Assembly (NCBI RefSeq): GCF_004376175.1
Contig: NZ_SNUY01000031.1
Span: 12,844-44,843, forward strand
DNA from: Halalkalibacterium halodurans
Lineage (GTDB): Bacteria > Bacillota > Bacilli > Bacillales > Bacillaceae_D
DNA length: 32,000 nucleotides
Direction of reading: 5' to 3'
The notes beneath the pieces are model-generated. The model was not told the DNA's origin, did no database searches, and saw only the letters and a program-made list of their open reading frames with translations. Positions 25,166-32,000 of the stretch are shown piece after piece (positions within the stretch are counted from its first letter, which is position 1; every line of letters starts with the position of its first letter). A program made the position numbers and the translations under genes.

Positions 25166-27235
25166 ATGTCCATACACGGTAAAACATTTGTCACAAAGGC
25201 TAAGCATATGCTTCACGGCGGGGATTACAACCCCGATCAATGGTTAGATAGGCCAGATATTTTAGCAGACGATCTTCACTTGATGAAGCTGTCCCATACA
25301 AACACCTTTTCAGTCGGTATTTTTGCATGGAGCACACTAGAACCCGAAGAAGGAGTTTATCATTTTGAATGGCTTGATGACATCTTTGAAAACATCCATA
25401 AAATCGGTGGAAACATTATTTTAGCGACACCAAGCGGGGCTCGACCAGCTTGGCTATCGCAAAAATATCCTGAGGTGCTTCGCGTCGATGAAAATCGTGT
25501 CAAACAGCTTCATGGCGGACGCCACAACCATTGCTTTACCTCTGAAGTGTATCGAAAAAAAACACAGCAGATCAATCGCTTGCTCGCAGAAAGGTATGGA
25601 AACCATCCAGCCCTCTTAATGTGGCACATTTCGAACGAATATAGCGGCGAATGCCACTGCGAAAAATGCCAAGAAGCGTTTAGAGATTGGCTTAAATCAA
25701 CGTATAACAACGATTTAAATTCGTTAAACAAGGCTTGGTGGACCTCGTTTTGGAGTCACACTTATACCGACTGGTCACAAATTGAATCCCCCTCTCCAAT
25801 CGGAGAGAAGGGGGTGCACGGTTTAAACTTAGATTGGCGGCGCTTTGTTACAGACCAAACGATCTCCTTTTTTGAAAATGAAATTGTCCCGTTGAAGGAG
25901 CTTACGCCAGAGATTCCAATTACGACTAACTTTATGGCGGATACATTTGATCTTATTCCTTTTCAAGCCCTTGATTACAGCAAGTTTGCCAAACACCTCG
26001 ATGTCATTAGCTGGGATGCTTATCCTGCATGGCATAACGATTGGGAAAGCACCGCTGATTTGGCGATGAAGGTCGGCTTTATTAACGACTTATATCGCAG
26101 CCTAAAACAACAACCGTTTTTGTTAATGGAATCAACGCCAAGTAAAGTCAATTGGCATGACGTCAATAAGGCAAAACGCCCTGGAATGCATTTGCTTTCT
26201 TCGATGCAAATGATTGCCCATGGCTCGGACAGCATTTTGTATTTCCAGTGGCGGAAATCCCGAGGTTCTTCGGAAAAATTCCACGGAGCTGTCGTTGATC
26301 ATGATAACAGTCTGAATAATCGGGTGTTGCAAGATGTCACTGAAGTTGGGAAAACATTAGAAAATTTAGCACCAGTCGTCGGTACGAACCGCACCTCTGA
26401 AGTAGCCATCTTGTTTGATTGGGAAAACCATTGGGCCCTCGGGGATGCCCAAGGGTTTGGGATGAAATCAAAAAGGTACCCACAAACGCTGCAGCAACAC
26501 TACCGTACGTTCTGGGAACGTGATATTCCAGTCGATGTCATTACGAAGGAGCAGAATTTCTCCGCATATCGATTGCTCATTGTTCCTATGCTCTATTTAG
26601 CCAGCGAAGAGACGATCGCCCGTTTAAAGACGTATGTGGCAAACGGGGGTACGCTTGTGATGACTTATATTAGCGGGATCGTGAACGAACATGATTTGAC
26701 CTATACAGGCGGTTGGCCAAAGGACTTACAAGACATTTTCGGGATGAAACCACTCGAAACCGATACGTTGTATCCGAGTGATCGAAATTATGTCACCTAC
26801 CAAGATAAAACGTACCCGATAAAAGATTACGCCACCATTATTGAGCTTGAATCAGCCCAAGCGGAAGGATTGTATAAAGAAGACTTTTATGCAAAGCTTC
26901 CAGCCGTTACGAGCCACTCTTACAAAGGTGGAAAAGCATACTACATTGGCGCTCGGCTAGACGATGAGTTCCATCGTGATTTTTATAGTCGTCTCATGAC
27001 TGATTTATCTCTAACATCCGTTCTACCAGTGAATCATGGTCCAGGTGTTTCTGTGCAAGCAAGGCGAGATACCGTAACCGACTATGTGTTCGTCATGAAT
27101 TTTACCGAAGAAAAGCAAACGGTTACTATTCAATCTGAAGTACAGGATCTAGTAACGAAAGAAAACATACCTGCTGAATTTACGTTAAAGCCCTATGAAG
27201 TGAAGATCCTTGTCCATTCTAAATCTAACAAATAG
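25166..27235 (+). CDS. ganA: GH42 beta-galactosidase
   Basis: 689 aa. Acid/base WHISNEYSG, nucleophile LLMESTPS, and a Cys cluster (HNHC...GECHCEKC) typical of GH42. Confidence 0.9.
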   Translation: MSIHGKTFVTKAKHMLHGGDYNPDQWLDRPDILADDLHLMKLSHTNTFSVGIFAWSTLEPEEGVYHFEWLDDIFENIHKIGGNIILATPSGARPAWLSQKYPEVLRVDENRVKQLHGGRHNHCFTSEVYRKKTQQINRLLAERYGNHPALLMWHISNEYSGECHCEKCQEAFRDWLKSTYNNDLNSLNKAWWTSFWSHTYTDWSQIESPSPIGEKGVHGLNLDWRRFVTDQTISFFENEIVPLKELTPEIPITTNFMADTFDLIPFQALDYSKFAKHLDVISWDAYPAWHNDWESTADLAMKVGFINDLYRSLKQQPFLLMESTPSKVNWHDVNKAKRPGMHLLSSMQMIAHGSDSILYFQWRKSRGSSEKFHGAVVDHDNSLNNRVLQDVTEVGKTLENLAPVVGTNRTSEVAILFDWENHWALGDAQGFGMKSKRYPQTLQQHYRTFWERDIPVDVITKEQNFSAYRLLIVPMLYLASEETIARLKTYVANGGTLVMTYISGIVNEHDLTYTGGWPKDLQDIFGMKPLETDTLYPSDRNYVTYQDKTYPIKDYATIIELESAQAEGLYKEDFYAKLPAVTSHSYKGGKAYYIGARLDDEFHRDFYSRLMTDLSLTSVLPVNHGPGVSVQARRDTVTDYVFVMNFTEEKQTVTIQSEVQDLVTKENIPAEFTLKPYEVKILVHSKSNK

Positions 27236-27241
27236 CCCTTA

Positions 27242-27271
27242 GAAGAGCACCTTAAACTGGGCGTGCTCTTC
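27242..27271 (+). terminator. Stem-loop after ganA
   Basis: GAAGAGCAC (27242-27250) pairs with GTGCTCTTC (27263-27271). It is followed by CTGTTT, a weak T-tract, so it may only attenuate. Confidence 0.5.
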
Positions 27272-27281
27272 CTGTTTAAAA

Positions 27282-27295
27282 TGTAAGCGTTTACT
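27282..27295. promoter_or_regulatory. Near-consensus cre site upstream of ganB
   Basis: TGTAAGCGTTTACT compared with TGWAANCGNTNWCA. Only the final base differs. Confidence 0.55.
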
Positions 27296-27297
27296 AG

Positions 27298-30111
<2,814 letters not shown>

Positions 30112-30139
30112 AGTGCCATTGGGTAAAAAAAGAAGACAT

Positions 30140-30168
30140 TTGACGAGCGAACGATTTTTAACTAAAAT
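30140..30168 (+). promoter_or_regulatory. Strong SigA-type promoter for the downstream micro-ORF
   Basis: TTGACG (30140-30145), exactly 17 nt, TAAAAT (30163-30168). Confidence 0.6.
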
Positions 30169-30199
30169 GAAGATACTTTATGAAAAGGAGGTGGGTTAG

Positions 30200-30319
30200 G
30201 TGAATCGAACTGGTAAAGGCGTGACGTTTATTCAAGACTATTTATGGATCCGTCGTGCTATTTTTTCCCACGTGTCTAATCAACGGGATACGTATGCCCT
30301 TTTGCACACACTTAAATAG
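30200..30319 (+). CDS. 39-aa micro-protein of unknown function (below the ORF-track cutoff)
   Basis: AAGGAGGTG (30185-30193) lies 6 nt before GTG 30200. Product is (M)NRTGKGVTFIQDYLWIRRAIFSHVSNQRDTYALLHTLK*. It has its own promoter and a terminator at 30364-30397. Confidence 0.5.
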   Translation: MNRTGKGVTFIQDYLWIRRAIFSHVSNQRDTYALLHTLK

Positions 30320-30363
30320 GGAAAAATACCAGGAAGAGACATCTACCCACAAACGACTAATTT

Positions 30364-30397
30364 AAAGATGGTGGAGAAAGCTCTGCCATCTTTTTTT
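30364..30397 (+). terminator. Rho-independent terminator after the micro-ORF
   Basis: AAAGATGG (30364-30371) pairs with CCATCTTT (30386-30393), followed by a run of T to 30397. Confidence 0.7.
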
Positions 30398-30500
30398 GCA
30401 TTCATAAATGAGTGTCTCTTCCCTTATGGTAGTGTCAAAACTTCTATGAAAACCTTATTTGGATCTAACACTACTACCATTTATTAGGTGGAAAGGCCGC

Positions 30501-30519
30501 GCTATCGCTCTTGACAAAC
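30501..30519. repeat. Solo copy of the IS terminal repeat, inverted relative to the IS end at 30621
   Basis: GCTATCG-CTCTTGACAAAC is the reverse complement of GTTTGTCAAGAG...CGATAGC at 30622-30650, except for a 10-nt insertion in the latter. Confidence 0.5.
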
Positions 30520-30675
30520 ACGCCAATGGCTTATTCAGAGGTCAATCCAGGGCGAAGGGAACAAACGTAGGCATGCCCAATAACCCTTGACTTTTTCCTT
30601 TTTAAACCATTGTCAAGTTCGGTTTGTCAAGAGTTCGCTTCGCCGATAGCTGACTAGGGCTCAGCTAAACAAAAG

Positions 30676-31593
30676 TTAGGCTGACTGTTGTTGAATCCAG
30701 TCGTGAGCTAATCCAATAAGGGCTGTCCACCTCGCTGGCATGGTTGGTAGCTTTTCTAATTCTGGAATTGTTACTGGCACTTTCCCTTCGAGTGAAGAAT
30801 GTGGACGTAAGAAGTTAAAGTAAGCCACAAACAATGTCACAAAAGAAACAGATCCTTGTTCAGAACCAAAGCCGTGCGTCGATCGATAATTCCCTTTAAA
30901 CGTGCGATTTAGTCTCTCGATGATTTGCTTGAGAGGTCGATACTCTCTAGAGACATCGTCTTCTTTTGTTAGCCCGATGACCTGTTTTACGTCAAACGAT
31001 ATGTGGTTCTCTGCGAAGAAATGCTGTGCCAACAAGTAAATAGGGTTACCATCTACTACAAATTGTAGGTTTTCTGGTATTTCTTTCAGTTTCACTAGTA
31101 CTTCATCAATCGCTCGTATCGCTGTTGCGGTGTCGCGATTTGGTGATACTGGATACGAAAGAATGACTTTCTTGACCGCATCAAAAAAGAAGAACAGGTA
31201 ATGCCAACGACCGTTGACCCGGATGTACGTTTCATCCCCACAGAATTGATCCGAGAGCTCATACGGAAAGTAGTCAATATAAGGCTTAAGCCATAACGCG
31301 ACGCTGTTTTCGTAGTTTAGGATACTTTGATGGGAGACAGACACGCCGTGAATATCCTTCATGATCGCGGCCGTTTTACGGGCCGATAATCCGTAATTGA
31401 CATGGTACGTCAAGATGAGCCCAAGTGTATGCGGTGAAACATACAATCTTGATAAATCGACTTTTGGCTTCTTTTTTGAATGATTAGATAACGTTTGATA
31501 GTAGAAGTGTAAATTCAGGTAAATGAAGCGAACTTTCATCGATTGAGGATCTTCTTTAAACTTTTTTTTCTGTTTTTTGGTCATGGCATTCAA
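30676..31593 (-). CDS. IS6-family DDE transposase catalytic portion
   Basis: GDETYIRVNGRWHYLFFFFD (compare IS257 DETYIKIKGRWHYLYRAID), second Asp in VVDGNPIY, and Glu in KQIIERLNRTFK. Confidence 0.75.
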   Translation of the reverse strand: MNAMTKKQKKKFKEDPQSMKVRFIYLNLHFYYQTLSNHSKKKPKVDLSRLYVSPHTLGLILTYHVNYGLSARKTAAIMKDIHGVSVSHQSILNYENSVALWLKPYIDYFPYELSDQFCGDETYIRVNGRWHYLFFFFDAVKKVILSYPVSPNRDTATAIRAIDEVLVKLKEIPENLQFVVDGNPIYLLAQHFFAENHISFDVKQVIGLTKEDDVSREYRPLKQIIERLNRTFKGNYRSTHGFGSEQGSVSFVTLFVAYFNFLRPHSSLEGKVPVTIPELEKLPTMPARWTALIGLAHDWIQQQSA

Positions 31594-31665
31594 GTTCTAT
31601 TGATAATAAGAACAACGATCATTATTACAATTAAAAACTTGAAAATATTTACGTTCTTTAAATTT

Positions 31666-31998
31666 TTATAGCGTTTTAAGACAGTGAGGACACTTAAGGA
31701 TGGCCTCTTTCTGATAACGACTCTTTTTATTGAAAACACACGCACACTCCTTACATTGATATTGTCCTTTTCCTCCGTTGTTTGCGTACAAATACGCAGA
31801 AGGAGCACCACACTTAGGACAACACAATGCAGAAGGTACGGGCGTAGAATTGGCTCGACGGCGTACTGGTTTTAACGGTTTTCCTTTTGATTGAAGGTGT
31901 TCCGCTAATAAAAGCTGATAATCGAGCTTTTCTACCTTTTCAATGATAGGTAAATCATCAATTTGAAGCTTTCGATAAGGCTGATTAACAGGAGCTTC
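31666..31998 (-). pseudogene. Zinc-ribbon N-terminal part of the same transposase, cut off by in-frame stops (start outside the window)
   Basis: The minus frame is open from the window edge: ...CCPKCGAPSAYLYANNGGKGQYQCKECACVF...LKCPHCLKTL*. It is in the same frame as the DDE ORF. TAA 31666-31668 and TAG 31606-31608 interrupt it. It is absent from the ORF track because it has no in-window start. Confidence 0.55.
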
Positions 31999-32000
31999 TT

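Larger units (their letters stand above)
30621..32000 (-). mobile_element. IS6-family-like insertion sequence (partial; continues beyond the window)
   Basis: The terminal sequence GGTTTGTCAAGAGTT at 30621 resembles IS26/IS257-type ends (GGTTCTGTTGCAAAGTT). The transposase stop lies 55 bp inside. DDE and zinc-ribbon ORFs are on the minus strand. Confidence 0.6.

Noticed and set aside
31590-31875. ORFs 31590..31811 (-) and 31684..31875 (+)
   Set aside because: They are off-frame overlaps of the zinc-ribbon transposase segment. Their products are low-complexity with no motifs, whereas the third minus frame carries CxxC pairs.

Overview
This is a chromosomal window from a spore-forming Bacillaceae-type Firmicute. 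That placement rests on gene content: HutP-controlled hut genes, ganR-ganSPQAB synteny as in Bacillus subtilis, YjcZ/YIEGIA/DUF421 spore-associated families, and Gram-positive RBS and terminator style. I cannot name the species. Left to right the window holds: an MFS transporter 3' end, azoreductase and a GNAT; a compact cluster of a DUF4363 lipoprotein, two DUF421 (YetF/2Duf-like) membrane proteins and a 2TM-RCK K+ channel; MmcQ/YjbR; a ~540-bp non-coding stretch and a YjcZ-type micro-ORF; XdhC, a YIEGIA protein and its small partner; a molybdenum hydroxylase (xanthine-dehydrogenase-family) operon whose Mo subunit is intact while its FAD subunit carries an internal deletion and its 2Fe-2S subunit is frameshifted in an A7 run; a Gln-rich low-complexity protein; large-subunit catalase KatE; hutP-hutH plus a hutU truncated after about 190 codons and abutted to an orphan REC-SARP/BTAD response regulator, followed on the opposite strand by a permuted-papain (YiiX/C92-like) protein; the complete galactan utilisation locus, ending in an unusually large, LPNTA-anchored multi-domain GH53 galactanase; a strongly signalled 39-codon micro-ORF; and a partial IS6-like element whose zinc-ribbon and DDE parts are separated by two in-frame stops. 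I saw no rRNA, tRNA or CRISPR array. The most interesting points are the DUF421/K+ channel/DUF4363 cluster, the hut operon breakpoint with the orphan REC-SARP regulator, the decaying Mo-hydroxylase operon with a perfect A_AAA_AAA slippery site, the YIEGIA pair, the Gln-rich protein, and several unannotated micro-ORFs and palindromes. All family assignments come from motif recognition by eye. No database search was run.
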